A DNA stretch of 64,000 nucleotides from Syntrophales bacterium (GCA_035363115.1 DAOSEM010000003.1:125317-189316), one strand, 5' to 3'; shown: positions 1-10,192, numbered from the stretch's first letter. Made by a program: numbers and translations. Notes: generated from the sequence alone by a model not told the origin.

Positions 1-388
1 ATGCCGCGGCCCCGTCGTCAAGCCGCTGGAACGGCCTGTCCGTTTTTCTTCTTGCTTCCCGGTACGGGACGGCATTTCGATAAAAGTGTGTTTGTACCCT
101 GACGAAAAGGTAGGTGTGATAGGACAAACACCGATATGGCTTTCGGACGCATACCGAACGCAAAAAAGGCCTGAACCCGATTGGACCCCTTGTGCTCATC
201 GCGTAGGGTGCCTCTCGGATCGAGACAGCGGAAGTCTAACGCATCCACAGAAGTTACCTTCCTCTCAGCGACCCCGGGTTGTGCAAGCCCGGGGTCGCCA
301 CTCCTTTCTCAGAACTCCCGAACGTTTATGGAAGATCCATATTCAGGTTTTCGCGATTTCCCGCCCGCCCGTTGCCTGTACCCCAAAA

Positions 389-766
389 ATGAGGTATGAC
401 GGCCGTAAGAGAGCTTTTGCGCAAGCCTCATCATCAGGGAGCGAAGCTGTGAATTCCTTGCCCCCCCTGCCCGAACGTTCCTATCCGGAAATCAGCCGGA
501 ACCGCCGGAAGATTCTCCGGGATGCCTATGCCTGTTACCCTGAATTTGCTTATTGCGATCCGGAGGTTTTCGACTGGCATACGGAAGCGGGGAGGGCGAA
601 TCTCTTTGATCTGTATTACTTGAACGATTCCGGGCTGATACAATGCACCGGCTCCACAACAACGGGACACCGCCGGCCCGATTTCTTCATGCTGACCCCG
701 GCCGGGGCGGACCTGCTGGAGATTCCCGGGCGGCTGGACGAGCGATTTCCGGCCGATGGAGCCTGA
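389..766 (+). CDS. hypothetical small protein
   Basis: In-frame ATG at 389 within track ORF 86..766. Only the last ~125 aa read like protein (LFDLYYLNDSGLIQ...MLTPAGADLLEIPGRL). No family recognised. Start uncertain (GTG 449 is an alternative). Confidence 0.35.
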   Translation: MRYDGRKRAFAQASSSGSEAVNSLPPLPERSYPEISRNRRKILRDAYACYPEFAYCDPEVFDWHTEAGRANLFDLYYLNDSGLIQCTGSTTTGHRRPDFFMLTPAGADLLEIPGRLDERFPADGA

Positions 767-796
767 AGAAGGAGTCCGGAATGGAGACCGACGATC

Positions 797-1246
797 ATGA
801 CGAAACATGCCGTCCCCGAGCCGCCTGTATCCGAGGAGAGCCTGAAACGTTTTTTCAGGAGGGATGTTTTCTGCAACTTCGTGGGGATTGATCTCATCGA
901 AGTCTTCGACGGCCGGGCCAAGGCCGTTCTTTCGATCCGCGACGAACACCTCAACGGCATCGGCATCGTTCACGGCGGCGTGATCTATACGCTGGCCGAC
1001 CTGGCCTTTGCCGCCGCTGCCAACTCCAGGGGGCGTGTCGCCGTGGCAGTCAATGCGTCCGTGACGTTTCTCAAATCACCCAGGGGGCGGTGCCTGACCG
1101 CCGAGGCCTGGGAAATCTCCTCGAGCCGGACCCTCGCTTCCTACACGGTCCATGTCACCGATGACACGGGAGAGCTCCTGGCGGTGGTCCAGGGTCTCGC
1201 CCATCGCCGTCCGGAGAAGGTCACCGAGGTCCTGGACCGCTTCTGA
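797..1246 (+). CDS. PaaI-family hotdog-fold thioesterase
   Basis: 149 aa with an ATG start. The core 'LNGIGIVHGGVIYTLADLAFAAAAN' is typical of PaaI/4HBT thioesterases. Confidence 0.8.
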   Translation: MTKHAVPEPPVSEESLKRFFRRDVFCNFVGIDLIEVFDGRAKAVLSIRDEHLNGIGIVHGGVIYTLADLAFAAAANSRGRVAVAVNASVTFLKSPRGRCLTAEAWEISSSRTLASYTVHVTDDTGELLAVVQGLAHRRPEKVTEVLDRF

Positions 1247-1378
1247 GAGGGGCCATTGCCGCACCCGGGATTCCCGTCGGGGAGAGCCTTTCCGGCGGGT
1301 GGGGAATCCCGCAGGCCGGGACGGCCCCACCGGCGCATCCATCCTTTCTCCCTGATTCCCGATCCCATGAACGTGGTT

Positions 1379-1428
1379 GTACGGGATCGTCCGGTTGACA
1401 TCGGACGAAAGCGCCCTACCTTTTTTTT
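1379..1428 (+). terminator. possible intrinsic terminator after the thioesterase gene
   Basis: Stem CGTCCG (1388-1393) / CGGACG (1402-1407) nested in GGG/CCC, then a T8 run at 1421-1428. The T-run is displaced from the inner stem, so the call is tentative. Confidence 0.35.
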
Positions 1429-1461
1429 CACGGCTGATGCCGGGAAGGGAGATGGCAGGTC

Positions 1462-2589
1462 ATGAACGTACGCCTGGCGATGAGCGTCGCCGTGATTCTA
1501 ACGGTTCTCCTGTCCGGTTGCGGACAGGCTGGAAATTCAAAGGAGGTGGGAGGGGCCATGTCCGGTTCGAAAGACGGCGTCCGCCTGGCGACCTTTGCCG
1601 GTGGATGCTTCTGGTGCGTGGAAGCGGATTTTGAAAAGATCCCCGGTGTCATTGCGGTCGTCTCCGGCTACACGGGGGGACGGACGGATAATCCGCGTTA
1701 TGAGGACGTATCCGCAGGGAAAACGGGCCACCTGGAGGCTGTGCAGATCCGTTTCGATCCGGCGAAAGTCTCCTATACGAAGCTTCTGGACGTGTTCTGG
1801 CGGCACATCGATCCCACCGACGCCGGCGGTCAGTTCGTCGATCGGGGAAGCCAGTACCGGAGCGCCGTTTTTTACCACGACGAGGAGCAGCGGATGCAGG
1901 CGGAGGAGTCAAAGGCGGCCCTGGAGAAGTCGGGTCGCTTCTCGCGGCCGCTCATGACGGAGATCCTCCCCGCCGGCCGTTTCTGGGAGGCGGAAGAATA
2001 TCATCAGGATTACCATCGGAAAAGTCCGCTCCGATACCGGCTTTACCGGAGCGGATCGGGACGGGATTCATTTCTGGAGCGATCCTGGCGGGATGAGGAG
2101 AAGAAACCCCAATGCCCGATCACGCCGGGAGCGGGGAGCGGCGCTCCGTCGAAACCTGACGCCGCAGCGCTCAGAGCACGCCTGACCCCTCTCCAGTACG
2201 ACGTGACGCAGCACGAAGGCACAGAGCCGCCGTTCCGCAACGAATACTGGGACAACAAGAGGGAGGGAATCTACGTCGACATCGTTTCCGGGGAGCCCCT
2301 CTTCAGCTCCCTTGACAAGTTCGATTCGGGAACGGGCTGGCCCAGCTTCACGAAGCCCCTGGAAAAGGACAACATCGTGGAGAAGCAGGACCGGAGACTT
2401 CTCATGACCCGGACCGAGGTCCGGAGCCGGCGCGGGGATTCCCACCTGGGGCACGTCTTCCCGGACGGCCCGCGCCCGACGGGGCTGAGATACTGCATGA
2501 ACTCCGCCGCTCTCCGCTTCATCCCGAAAGAGGACCTGGAGCGGGAGGGATACGGCGCGTATCTGCGCCTGTTCAACCGCGACCGCTGA
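1462..2589 (+). CDS. msrAB: bifunctional peptide-methionine sulfoxide reductase MsrA/MsrB, lipoprotein
   Basis: 375 aa. Lipobox 'VLLSGC' at the N-terminus. MsrA active site '[11 protein letters not shown]'. MsrB C-terminal '[11 protein letters not shown]'. Confidence 0.92.
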   Translation: MNVRLAMSVAVILTVLLSGCGQAGNSKEVGGAMSGSKDGVRLATFAGGCFWCVEADFEKIPGVIAVVSGYTGGRTDNPRYEDVSAGKTGHLEAVQIRFDPAKVSYTKLLDVFWRHIDPTDAGGQFVDRGSQYRSAVFYHDEEQRMQAEESKAALEKSGRFSRPLMTEILPAGRFWEAEEYHQDYHRKSPLRYRLYRSGSGRDSFLERSWRDEEKKPQCPITPGAGSGAPSKPDAAALRARLTPLQYDVTQHEGTEPPFRNEYWDNKREGIYVDIVSGEPLFSSLDKFDSGTGWPSFTKPLEKDNIVEKQDRRLLMTRTEVRSRRGDSHLGHVFPDGPRPTGLRYCMNSAALRFIPKEDLEREGYGAYLRLFNRDR

Positions 2590-3124
2590 TTTCCGGCTCC
2601 GGAGCGACTTCCCGGAAGGTCTCCAGGTACCGCCGGGTCAGGTTTCGGTATTCGTCGACGCCCATGACGATGAAGGCCGCCAGGTCCGCCGGCACCTCCT
2701 TGACGATCCGGGCGGGGCTTCCCGCGGCCATCATCCTGGCGGGGATTGTCATTCCCTGCGGAACCAGCGACCCGGCGGCCACCAGCGAGAATTCCTCGCA
2801 TACCGCTCGCTGCAGGAGGATGGCTCCCATCCCGATGGTGCATCCCTCGTGCAGCTTGACGTCGTGGAGGATCGCGCCATGGCCGACGATGACCCGGTCG
2901 TGGATCCTGACTTCATCGCCGGGGGTCACGTGCAGGACGGCGTTGTCCTGGACGCTGGAACCGCTGCCGACTGTAATCGGTCCAAAATCTGCCCGGATGA
3001 CCGCGCCGGGGCCAATGAAGCACTCCCTGCCGACGGTCACATTCCCGATCAGGACGGCCCGGGGATGAACAAAGGTTTCTTCTCCAATCCGGGGTCTTTC
3101 CCCGGCGAACTCGTATAACGGCAT
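2573..3124 (-). CDS. gamma-class carbonic anhydrase-like / left-handed beta-helix (hexapeptide) protein
   Basis: '[32 protein letters not shown]...VQDNAVLHV' shows the hexapeptide repeat pattern. ATG at 3124 is preceded by AGGAAG; ATG at 3148 is an alternative start. The 3' end overlaps msrAB convergently. Confidence 0.85.
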   Translation of the reverse strand: MPLYEFAGERPRIGEETFVHPRAVLIGNVTVGRECFIGPGAVIRADFGPITVGSGSSVQDNAVLHVTPGDEVRIHDRVIVGHGAILHDVKLHEGCTIGMGAILLQRAVCEEFSLVAAGSLVPQGMTIPARMMAAGSPARIVKEVPADLAAFIVMGVDEYRNLTRRYLETFREVAPEPEISGRG

Positions 3125-3461
3125 GTTGCTTCCTTTCCCTGTCTTCATGTCCTTGCGGAAAACCGGTGGAGAAAAGGCCCTCCTGTCCCGGCACGCTCCC
3201 GCCTGGCGGGTTGTGGTCCACCCCCGGTCGGGGCCCGGTCGGGGGCGGACAGGATACCGGTGAAGGGGGACTTTGAAAAGAGATTTTCCGGGGGCTTGCG
3301 GAAGACATGCCGGCAGGAATCCTCTCGTGCGGTTTATGACGGCATGTCAAAAATGTGTCATAGGAGGCCTCCCCCTGCCCTGAACGGCAGGAACACGGTG
3401 TTCGCAATTCCCCGGAAGACCCTCGGTGGGTTCATGAATAATCTTTGATTATCAGTGCGTT

Positions 3462-3484
3462 GCGCCGTGTCGGCGCTTTTTTTT
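3462..3484 (+). terminator. canonical intrinsic terminator with no annotated upstream gene
   Basis: GCGCCG-TGT-CGGCGC hairpin followed by T8. It lies inside the divergent intergenic region 3125-3741. Confidence 0.6.
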
Positions 3485-3741
3485 CAAGTTTTGGCCGCTT
3501 CGGCACGAAAATAGAATAGATATCCATGTGTTTCCCCGTGAGAAGGGTTCCCGTCGATCCGGGGGGAATTCCCCGCGGAGGTGTTTGATTTGACGGGCCT
3601 CTGCATGGGAATGCACTGGCCTCAGGAACGGGTGCTGTGGAGGCCTGTGACGGAATGCCGCGTCCGGACAGGTGCGTGCTCCATATCCCCGAGGAAAGCA
3701 TCCGCTGCCCCGAAGTCTTGACAAACAGTGGAGAAGTCTTT

Positions 3742-4161
3742 GTGAATCAATCGGATTTACCGGTCGAGAAGACCCTTCTGGTCGTGGATGACGAGGAGTC
3801 GCTGCGGGAGTTCTTTCGCGACATCCTCACGGACGAAGGCTACCGGGTCCTTACGGCCGAAGGAGCCGTCGACGCCCTTGAGATCCTGTCCCATGAAGAG
3901 GTGGGACTCCTGCTCCTGGATCTGAATCTCTTCGGGATGAACGGCATTGAACTGTGCCGCAAGATCCGGCGGGAGAAGCCGCTCTGCATTCTTTACGCCA
4001 TGACGGGCTGGACAGGACTCTTCGAAGTGGAGGAATGCCGGGAGGCAGGATTCGACGACTTCTTCGCGAAACCCCTGCCCGTTGACTTTCTGTTCCGGGT
4101 TGTGGAAGATGCGTTCGAAAAACTGGGCCGCTGGCGAAAAGGACATGCCCGGGAGATCTGA
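3742..4161 (+). CDS. single-domain response regulator (REC)
   Basis: GTG start 6 nt after GGAGAAG. 'LLVVDDEESL', 'LLLLDLNLFGMNG', 'AMTGW' and 'FAKP' are the receiver signatures. Confidence 0.85.
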   Translation: MNQSDLPVEKTLLVVDDEESLREFFRDILTDEGYRVLTAEGAVDALEILSHEEVGLLLLDLNLFGMNGIELCRKIRREKPLCILYAMTGWTGLFEVEECREAGFDDFFAKPLPVDFLFRVVEDAFEKLGRWRKGHAREI

Positions 4162-4310
4162 CGGATACAATGTGCGCCGGGTTTCCCGCTGTCTCTCTGC
4201 AGCTTTGGGAATTGCGGGATTCAAAACGGCCGATACGGATGGCCGGGCCGGAATGAGAGACGGAGCGGGAACCGAATGGGCATGATGAAGCGGACTGGAA
4301 GGCGGGTTGA

Positions 4311-7094
4311 ATGAGCGCGGAAGACAGCAGGGACATCCTGGAATCCGTTCTGAACGCCATTCCTCATGCCGTTCTGGTGCTGACAAATCGACGGATCGTG
4401 TTCGCGAATCCGGCGGTGGCCGGCGTCTTCGGATGGAGTCCCGATGAAGTCGTCGGCAGGGATACACATTTTCTTTACCGGAGCACGGAAGATTACGAAG
4501 AGGTGGGCCGGCGGTTTTATTCGGCCCTCGAGCACGAACGGACCCATTCCGAGCCCTTTCCCTGCCGGCGCAAGGATGGGAAGGACATCGAATGCATGAT
4601 CAGCACGTCCCGGACCGGGGCATCGCTCCGGGACAGAATGATCGTGGCCACCTACGAGGACATCACCGAACGCAGGGTGCTGGAGGAGGCGGTTCGTCAG
4701 ACCTGCCGGGCCCTGGAAATGAGGGTCCAGGACCAGTCCCTGGAGCTCTCGGGAGTCCTTGAAACCCTGAGCGCCACCATCGGCGAGCGAATCAAGGTGG
4801 AGGATTCCCTCCGGGAGTCGCAGCAGCGGATGAGCGACATCATCTCCTTTCTTCCCGACCCCACGCTCGTCATCGACCGCGAGGGGAAGGTGATCGTCTG
4901 GAATCGGGCGATCGAGGAGATGACCGGCGTCCGGCAGGAAGACATGATCGGCCGGGGAGACTATGAATACGCCCTGCCTTTCTACAACGAGCGGAGACCC
5001 ATTCTCATCGACCTGGTGTTTGCACCCCACGAGGAGATCGAACAGAAGTATTCCTTCATCCAGAAAGAGAAGAACCTCCTCATCGCGGAGACGGATGCGC
5101 CCTGCATCAAAGGCCGGAAGCGGACCCTGTGGGGGAAAGCCAGCGTTATTTACAACAGCCGCGGTGAAGCGGTGGGAGCCATCGAGTCCATCCGGGATAT
5201 TACGGAGCGCAAGCAGATCGAGAACGCCTACCGGAGCAGTGAGGATCGTTTCCGCAAGCTGACGGAAGCCACGACCGCCGCGATCTTCATTTACCAGGAC
5301 GATCGCTACCGCTACGTCAATGCGGGGATGGAGGCCATCACGGGATTCGGTTCCCGGGAGCTTCTGAGCATGCCCTTCTGGCATATCGCGCATCCCGATT
5401 TCCGGGATATGCTCCGGAAGCATGGGTTTTCGAGTCCTCATGGCCAGGAAGCCCCGTCGCACTATGAGTTCAAGATCCGGACGAAAGCGGGAGCCGACCG
5501 GTGGGTGGATTGTTTCGCCGTGGCCGTGGAATGGGAAGGGAAACCCGCCGGCCTTGGGACGTTCTACGATGTGACGTCCCGGAAGCTGATGGAGGAATCC
5601 CTCAAGGAATCGGAACAGGGACTCCGGAGGATTCTTGACGGAATCCCCATCGCCGTCGTTGTTTCCCGCCTTTCCGATGACGGGATCCTCTACTTCAACC
5701 CCCGGGCGGCCAAGATCTTCGGACTCTCCGAAGAGACGGTGAGGGGGAAAACGGTCCACGAATTTTACGAGAATCCGGCCGAGAGGGACGCTCTCCGGGA
5801 AGAGCTTCGCCGATCCAAGAGCATCGCGAATGTGGAGAGGATCTTCCGGGGCGCCGGCGGCGAGACCTTTGCCGCCCTGCTGTCGGCGGTTCCGATTCCC
5901 TATGCGGGGGAAGAGGCCGCCCTGGTAAGCTTTATCGATATTACCGAACGGAAGAAGATGGAGGCCCGGCTCGCCCAGGCGGCGAAGATGGAGGCCGTCG
6001 GCACGCTGGCCGGAGGAGTTGCGCACGACTTCAACAACCTGCTCATGGGAATTCAGGGGCTGGTCTCCCTGATGCTCATGGAACTGGCTCCGGAGCATCC
6101 GCATGTGAAAAAACTGCAGAAAATCCAGGAGCAGGTATCCACCGGTGCCGGTCTGACGAACCAGATCCTCGGATTTGCACGGGCCGGGCAGTATGAAATG
6201 AAGCCGACGAACCTGAACGACCTCATCCGCAAGACCGCCGAGCTGTTCGGCCGGACGCGCAAGGATGTCGTGGTCCATGAGCGGCTGGAGCCCGCGCTGT
6301 GGAGCGCCATGGTGGACCGTGCGCAGGTGGAGCAGGTTCTCCTCAACCTGTACGTGAATGCCGGCCAGGCCATGCCGGGGGGAGGGAACCTCTTCCTCGA
6401 ATCGGACAACCGTCTCATCCGCGACTCCGACGTCATGGAGGTTCCCATGATCCCCGGCCGCTACGTCCGGCTCTCCGTCACCGACACCGGGATGGGCATG
6501 GACGAAAAAACCCGCAAAAGGATCTTCGAGCCGTTTTTCACGACGAAGTTCATGGGAAAAGGGGCCGGCCTCGGCCTCGCCGCCGTCTACGGCGTGGTCA
6601 AGGCGCACCAGGGATATATCTTCGTCACCAGCAGCCTCAATGCCGGGGCGCGCTTCGACATCTACCTCCCGGCCAGGCTGGTTTCGGCGGTCGAAGAGCA
6701 GCCCGTGGAGGAGGGTGTCGTTCCGGGAAAGGAGACCATCCTGATCGTGGATGACGAAGAGATTGTCATGGATGTGACCCGCGAACTGGTCGAGCTCATG
6801 GGGTATCGTGTATTGACGGCCGCGAGCGGACGGGAGGGGGTCGATCTCTACCGCGGGATGGGAAAGGAGATCGGACTGGTCATTCTCGACATGATCATGC
6901 CGGGCATGGGCGGAAGCGAAGTCTTCGACCGGATCCGGGAGATGAATCCGGAGGCGCGGATTCTCCTGTCCACCGGATTCAGCCTCGGCGATCAGGCCCA
7001 GGAAATCATGGACAAGGGCTGCAACGGTTTCATCCAGAAGCCCTTCCAGCCGGGGGAACTGTCCCTGAAAATCAGGCAGATCCTCGACTCGTGA
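4311..7094 (+). CDS. cytoplasmic multi-PAS hybrid histidine kinase with C-terminal receiver
   Basis: 927 aa. Repeated PAS modules ('DITERK', 'DVTSRK', 'DITERKK'). H-box '[13 protein letters not shown]', N-box 'LLNLYVNAGQAM', G1 'DTGMGMD', then REC 'ILIVDDEE...ILDMIMPGMGG'. Confidence 0.92.
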   Translation: MSAEDSRDILESVLNAIPHAVLVLTNRRIVFANPAVAGVFGWSPDEVVGRDTHFLYRSTEDYEEVGRRFYSALEHERTHSEPFPCRRKDGKDIECMISTSRTGASLRDRMIVATYEDITERRVLEEAVRQTCRALEMRVQDQSLELSGVLETLSATIGERIKVEDSLRESQQRMSDIISFLPDPTLVIDREGKVIVWNRAIEEMTGVRQEDMIGRGDYEYALPFYNERRPILIDLVFAPHEEIEQKYSFIQKEKNLLIAETDAPCIKGRKRTLWGKASVIYNSRGEAVGAIESIRDITERKQIENAYRSSEDRFRKLTEATTAAIFIYQDDRYRYVNAGMEAITGFGSRELLSMPFWHIAHPDFRDMLRKHGFSSPHGQEAPSHYEFKIRTKAGADRWVDCFAVAVEWEGKPAGLGTFYDVTSRKLMEESLKESEQGLRRILDGIPIAVVVSRLSDDGILYFNPRAAKIFGLSEETVRGKTVHEFYENPAERDALREELRRSKSIANVERIFRGAGGETFAALLSAVPIPYAGEEAALVSFIDITERKKMEARLAQAAKMEAVGTLAGGVAHDFNNLLMGIQGLVSLMLMELAPEHPHVKKLQKIQEQVSTGAGLTNQILGFARAGQYEMKPTNLNDLIRKTAELFGRTRKDVVVHERLEPALWSAMVDRAQVEQVLLNLYVNAGQAMPGGGNLFLESDNRLIRDSDVMEVPMIPGRYVRLSVTDTGMGMDEKTRKRIFEPFFTTKFMGKGAGLGLAAVYGVVKAHQGYIFVTSSLNAGARFDIYLPARLVSAVEEQPVEEGVVPGKETILIVDDEEIVMDVTRELVELMGYRVLTAASGREGVDLYRGMGKEIGLVILDMIMPGMGGSEVFDRIREMNPEARILLSTGFSLGDQAQEIMDKGCNGFIQKPFQPGELSLKIRQILDS

Positions 7095-7122
7095 AGGAAC
7101 TCCAGAAAACAGAGGCATAACG

Positions 7123-8064
7123 ATGGATGTGAGGATCATCAACCCCTTCCTGAACGCAACCCGCGAGGTTCTCTCGACCATGGCGTCCACGAACGCCGTC
7201 GTGGGGAAGCCGTTTCTGAAGAAGGACGATACGGCATACGGGGACGTCTCCGGAATCATCGGCATCACCGGCGATGCCCTCGGCTCCATGGCAATCAGCT
7301 TCACCGAGTCCTGCATCTGCCGCATTGCCGGCCAGATGCTCGGCGAAACGATCTCCGAGGTGAGCGACGACGTGCTCGACGCCGTGGGGGAGCTCACGAA
7401 CATGATATCCGGCGCTGCCCGCCGCGGCATTGAAAAGGACGGGCTGTCGGTGTATGCCGCCATTCCCTCGGTCATTCACGGGAAAAATCACCAGCTCAAC
7501 CATATCCTCAAGACCCCCAGCATCGTGATCCCCTTTTCCACGGAACAGGGGAACTTTGTCCTGGACGTCTGCATCCGCCGCTCCGAAGAGTCGGAGAAGA
7601 AGGAGGAAGGCTACCAGGTGATGAACGTCCGCACGCAGGTCCAAAAACAGGCCGCGGCCCCTGTCGGAGCCGAAGGGCCGGGGACATCCCCGGTCGTTCC
7701 CCCGCCGGCGCCTTCGCAGCCGCCCCGGCCGGCCCCTGCGGCGGAGGGTGCCCCGGACGCCCCGCCGGCGAAAAGTGTTGCCTCGATGACCGAAGCGGAG
7801 CGGATCGATCACATGAAGAAAGCGCTCTCCGAAATGGTCAAGGCCCGGAACCACATCTTCCAGGAGCTTCGGGACAAACCGTTCATGGCGGTGGAACAGC
7901 GGAAGGCCTACAAGAAAAAGCTGCCCTTCCTGGACGAGAAGATCAAGCGCCTCAAGCTGGACATGCAGGCCCTGGAGATGCTGACCAAGCTGTCCCAGGA
8001 CGATTTGGACAATCCGACAATCACCCGTCATTACCAGCACTACGGCCCCAAGGACAAATCGTAG
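7123..8064 (+). CDS. CheX-domain phosphatase fused to a Pro-rich linker and a C-terminal helical domain
   Basis: The N-terminal ~155 aa parallel the stand-alone CheX at 24490 ('GDVSGIIGITGDALGSMAISF', 'DAVGELTNMISG' = ExxN motif). This is followed by 'PPPAPSQPPRPAPAAEGAPDAPP' and a ~90 aa Lys/Glu-rich helical tail. Confidence 0.8.
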   Translation: MDVRIINPFLNATREVLSTMASTNAVVGKPFLKKDDTAYGDVSGIIGITGDALGSMAISFTESCICRIAGQMLGETISEVSDDVLDAVGELTNMISGAARRGIEKDGLSVYAAIPSVIHGKNHQLNHILKTPSIVIPFSTEQGNFVLDVCIRRSEESEKKEEGYQVMNVRTQVQKQAAAPVGAEGPGTSPVVPPPAPSQPPRPAPAAEGAPDAPPAKSVASMTEAERIDHMKKALSEMVKARNHIFQELRDKPFMAVEQRKAYKKKLPFLDEKIKRLKLDMQALEMLTKLSQDDLDNPTITRHYQHYGPKDKS

Positions 8065-8227
8065 CAAGTTGCGCTCCTGCGGACCGTGTTGTCCCGGGTG
8101 CGCGCACCGTCCGCTCTCCTCCCGGCGCAGATCGAAAACCCGGGAGGCTCCGGTTCGGCTCCGGTCTTTGTACAGGCCGAAGGGATCGGGAGAGGCCCTG
8201 GGGCCTCCCCCGGATCAGCCCGTCTTT

Positions 8228-10165
8228 TTAGAAATCCTTGAATTCCCCTTCTTCTTCCAGGGGGATGACCTGGCTTGGTTTTACGGGCAGTGCCGCCATG
8301 CCTTTTCCCTTTGCCGATGCCTGTCCCGCCATGATCTTGCGCTCCGGCAGCTGCACCCTCGTTCGTTGTCCCGGGACGGCGCGCGTGGCGGCGGGATGAT
8401 TCCCATTGCTGCTTCCGCCGATCACGAGCATGAGCTCCTGCACGACCTCTCTCATGGACATCGCCTGGGCGTTCATCTCTTCGGAGGCGGAGGCCGATTC
8501 CTCGGCGTTCCCCGCGGTCTGCTGGGTGACCTTGTCCATCTCCGTGACGGCCTTGTTGATCTGATCGATGCCCTGGGCCTGCTCGCTGGAGGCGGCGGCG
8601 ATCTCCCCGACCAGCTCCCCGACCTTGGCGGAGTTTACGGCAACCTCGCTGAAGGCCTCGCTTGTTTTCCCCACCAGATCGGACCCTTCCCGGATCTTCT
8701 TGACGGTGCCCTCGATCAGGCCCGAAGTGTTCTTCGCGGCCTCGGCGGCCCGCATGGCCAGGTTCCGGACCTCTTCCGCCACGACGGCAAATCCCGCCCC
8801 GGCCTCCCCGGCCCGCGCCGCCTCCACGGCCGCGTTCAGGGCCAGGAGGTTGGTCTGGAAGGCGATCTCGTCGATGGTCCGGATGATCTTGGAGGTCTCC
8901 TCGCTTGCGGCGGTGATCTCCCGCATGGAGCCGGTCAGGTGTTCCATGGAGTCGTTGGCCCTGCTCACGACGGTGTTGGCCTGCTTCATGAGGGCGTCCG
9001 CCTGGGAAGCGTTGCCGGCGTTCTGCTTCGTCATGGAGGACATCTCTTCCAGGGAGGAGGAGGTCTCTTCGAGGGATGCCGCCTGCTCGGAGGCTCCTTC
9101 CGCCAGGGACTGGCTGGACGAGGCGACCTCGCCGGAAGCCGCGGAGATCTCTTCGGAGCTGGCCATCAGTTTTCTTACGGCCTTCTGGACGGGAACGGCG
9201 ATCGATCCGGCGGCGAAATAGGCCAGGATGGCCGCGAGCACCACAAAAATGATGACGCCGATGAAAATGATGTTTCTCGTCGTATAGGCTGACTGCAGCA
9301 TCTCTTCGACGGGAACGGCCGACACGACGCTCCAGCCGTTGATCTTGACCGGGGCGAATCCCGCATACTTACGGATACCCTGATATGTGTACTCCTGAAC
9401 GCCCGTCTCTCCCGAAGCGGTCCTCTTCATCACCTCTTCCATGCCCGGCTGCTTGGCCAGGTTCAACTGGAGGATCTGTTTCTTGTCGGGATAAATAATG
9501 ACCAGGCCTTCCCTGTTGATCATGTAGGAATAGCCTGTTTTCCCCAGCTTGATCTCGTTGATCTTGGCCATCAGAAAGGTTGTCTTCATGATTCCGGCCA
9601 TGATCCCGAGCACCTTGCCGCTTTCATCCTTTACAGGATAGGCGACCGTGCAGACCGGCTCCTTGCTGTTTTTCGAGATCACAACGGAATTCAAGCTTGC
9701 TTTGCCCTGGATCGCTTCCTTGAAGTAGTCCCTGTCGTTGATCTTGATGCCCCGGATGGCGCCGTTCAGACTGTCCGCAAACGTCGTACCGTCCGCCCCG
9801 ACGGCGATCAAAACCTCATAGCGTTCCTGCACGATGGGATGCAGCTTGGTCATCTCCTTCAGCAGGGCGTCGGCCTTCGGTCCTGCGCCCCCGGAATTGG
9901 CTTCCTTCATGGCCTGGATCACCGAATCACGATGCGCGAGCATGGCGATGGAGGCCATCTCCGATGTCAGGACCGCGTCCACCATGTCCGCAGTGCTCTT
10001 TGAGACCGCCGTGATCTGCTGTCCGGTTTCCTGCCGGATGGTCGAGATGGTGTTGAAGACGGCAATGGACCCGAGGATGACGACCGGAACGAGCGCCATC
10101 AGGCAGCCGCCGATCATGAGTTTCGACCGCAATCCACCTTTCCTGAATGAAAATTTTTTCAACAT
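8228..10165 (-). CDS. methyl-accepting chemotaxis protein, Cache-type periplasmic sensor
   Basis: 645 aa. TM, ~270 aa periplasmic domain ('[12 protein letters not shown]...[15 protein letters not shown]'), TM, then the signalling hairpin '[38 protein letters not shown]'. Ends in EFKDF. Confidence 0.95.
   Translation of the reverse strand: MLKKFSFRKGGLRSKLMIGGCLMALVPVVILGSIAVFNTISTIRQETGQQITAVSKSTADMVDAVLTSEMASIAMLAHRDSVIQAMKEANSGGAGPKADALLKEMTKLHPIVQERYEVLIAVGADGTTFADSLNGAIRGIKINDRDYFKEAIQGKASLNSVVISKNSKEPVCTVAYPVKDESGKVLGIMAGIMKTTFLMAKINEIKLGKTGYSYMINREGLVIIYPDKKQILQLNLAKQPGMEEVMKRTASGETGVQEYTYQGIRKYAGFAPVKINGWSVVSAVPVEEMLQSAYTTRNIIFIGVIIFVVLAAILAYFAAGSIAVPVQKAVRKLMASSEEISAASGEVASSSQSLAEGASEQAASLEETSSSLEEMSSMTKQNAGNASQADALMKQANTVVSRANDSMEHLTGSMREITAASEETSKIIRTIDEIAFQTNLLALNAAVEAARAGEAGAGFAVVAEEVRNLAMRAAEAAKNTSGLIEGTVKKIREGSDLVGKTSEAFSEVAVNSAKVGELVGEIAAASSEQAQGIDQINKAVTEMDKVTQQTAGNAEESASASEEMNAQAMSMREVVQELMLVIGGSSNGNHPAATRAVPGQRTRVQLPERKIMAGQASAKGKGMAALPVKPSQVIPLEEEGEFKDF
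8462..9118 (-). repeat. near-identical MCP signalling-module repeat, copy 1 (partner 18740..19396)
   Basis: Manual comparison of the translations gives 6 differences in 219 residues. Long runs of identical nucleotides are visible, for example around 8560-8800 versus 18840-19080. Confidence 0.85.
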
Positions 10166-10192
10166 CTTCCTCTCCTTTCTGCTTGAAGTTGA

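Noticed and set aside
121-180. GGACAAAC...ACGCAAAAAAGGCC, resembling c-di-GMP-I (GEMM-I) riboswitch core strings
   Set aside because: The intervening hairpin lacks the GNRA loop on this strand, the ACGCAAAGCC box is interrupted, and no convincing P1/P2 architecture could be drawn.
270-305. Hairpin followed by GGTCGCCA, resembling a tRNA/tmRNA T-arm plus acceptor end
   Set aside because: The loop is 9 nt without the TTCRA motif, and no complementary 5' acceptor strand was found upstream.
3606-3620. TGGGAA-TGCAC-TGGC upstream of the response regulator at 3742 (sigma54-like)
   Set aside because: The spacing is correct, but the -12 element is TGGC rather than TTGC and the -24 element is weak. 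This is not strong enough to call.
4221-7475. 1084-aa minus-strand ORF antisense to the PAS hybrid kinase
   Set aside because: The translation is Arg/Gly/Pro/Asp-rich low complexity with no motif. It fully overlaps a plus-strand gene that has clear H, N, G1 and REC signatures. This is a typical high-GC antisense open frame.
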